A stretch of 63,928 nt of DNA, filler included. It is 5 parts of 5 records of this genome, joined end to end, with 100 filler letters (N's around TTAATTAATTAA, not from the genome) between each part and the next. Parts side by side here need not be neighbours in the genome. Positions count along the whole stretch, not along the records: positions 58,461 to 63,928 come from SRR31156797_1542; 4 more parts are not named here. The stretch is one strand, 5' to 3'. Of this stretch, positions 63,361 through 63,928 are shown one piece after another. The notes below the pieces were generated by a model that ran no database searches, was not told the origin of the DNA, and worked only from the letters and a program-made list of their open reading frames with translations. How positions within the stretch are numbered: position 1 is the stretch's first letter; every line of letters begins with the position of its first letter. The translations under genes and the position numbers were made by a program.

Positions 63361-63753
63361 ATGCCACATTTACAATTTGAAATAAATCAAAAAGTATCAA
63401 AGGATGTAAAGAAAAACTTTACTGAAGAAATAAGAGCTTGTTTTAGTGAAGTTATGGATACAGGAACTGATCATATAGCTATATCTATAAGAGAGTATGA
63501 AAAGTATAATTTAACTATTGGACGTGCAAATCCTGAAGATAATATTTGTTTGATGAACCTTGATATAAGAGAAGGTAGAACCATAAAACAAAGAAGAGAG
63601 TTATCTCTTAGGTTTATGGATATTGTAAATAGAAGTTTTAATGTAGAAAATGAAAATCAATATATAACTTTTACAGAACACAAAGGAGAAGATTTTCATT
63701 TAATTGAAAAGTATCTAGGTTCTTGGGAAAGAGGAGAAGATCCTCTTGTCTAA
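63361..63753 (+). CDS. Tautomerase-family protein
   Basis: N-terminal Pro (MPH), REGRT motif. Confidence 0.75.
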   Translation: MPHLQFEINQKVSKDVKKNFTEEIRACFSEVMDTGTDHIAISIREYEKYNLTIGRANPEDNICLMNLDIREGRTIKQRRELSLRFMDIVNRSFNVENENQYITFTEHKGEDFHLIEKYLGSWERGEDPLV

Positions 63754-63763
63754 AAAAGAAAAA

Positions 63764-63928
63764 CTATTTAATCTTTTCTACTAATTGATGAGGGTGAAGA
63801 CCTAAGCCTTCTTCTACTAGTTTTGTATCTCCATGTTGGATAAACTCATCTTCATACTCAAACGAAGTGATATTTACACAAAGTTTTTCTTTATTTGTAA
63901 ACTCTAAAATTGCACTTGCAACTCCACC
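63764..63928 (-). CDS. dxs: 1-deoxy-D-xylulose-5-phosphate synthase C-terminal fragment
   Basis: GGVASAILE..DEFIQHG..LGL transketolase-C tail. Confidence 0.8.
   Translation of the reverse strand, partial: GGVASAILEFTNKEKLCVNITSFEYEDEFIQHGDTKLVEEGLGLHPHQLVEKIK

Overview
The window is not one locus. It joins five unrelated contigs with 100-nt artificial linkers (44 N + TTAATTAATTAA + 44 N). (1) 1-17456, GC-rich and deltaproteobacterial-like: B12 radical SAM, pyrK-pyrD, nitroreductase with a MerR regulator, a frameshifted WYL regulator and a full type I-G (I-U) cas operon (cas3 frameshifted, cas8g/csx17, cas7g/csb1, csb2, cas4-cas1, cas2). It ends in the leader and first CRISPR repeat. (2) 17557-42290, Desulfovibrionaceae-like backbone: efp, ftsK, lolA, pseudouridine synthase, yedF, msbA, MCP, a Fur-boxed HD-GYP gene, amino-acid ABC parts, an M15 peptidase, gap, fba, surE, tmk and a periplasmic [NiFe] hydrogenase. 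(3) 42391-52053, deltaproteobacterial-like: Liv-type ABC transporter, REP-like repeats, a collapsed lasso-peptide cluster, parDE and an Fe-ADH. (4) 52154-58360, spirochaete-like: fhs, a GGDEF-EAL pseudogene and gntR-dipeptidase-oppBCA. (5) 58461-63928, AT-rich Campylobacterota-like: the alaS to maf to dxs region. The most notable signal is in contig 3. An unannotated 58-aa lasso precursor (predicted core GKPQPAPSEVETYIGPS) with its own RBS is hidden at the end of a truncated cyclase ORF. It faces an intact B2 peptidase, which is preceded by a 54-aa kinase/sulfotransferase chimeric remnant. Taxonomic calls and family names come from motif recognition, not database searches.
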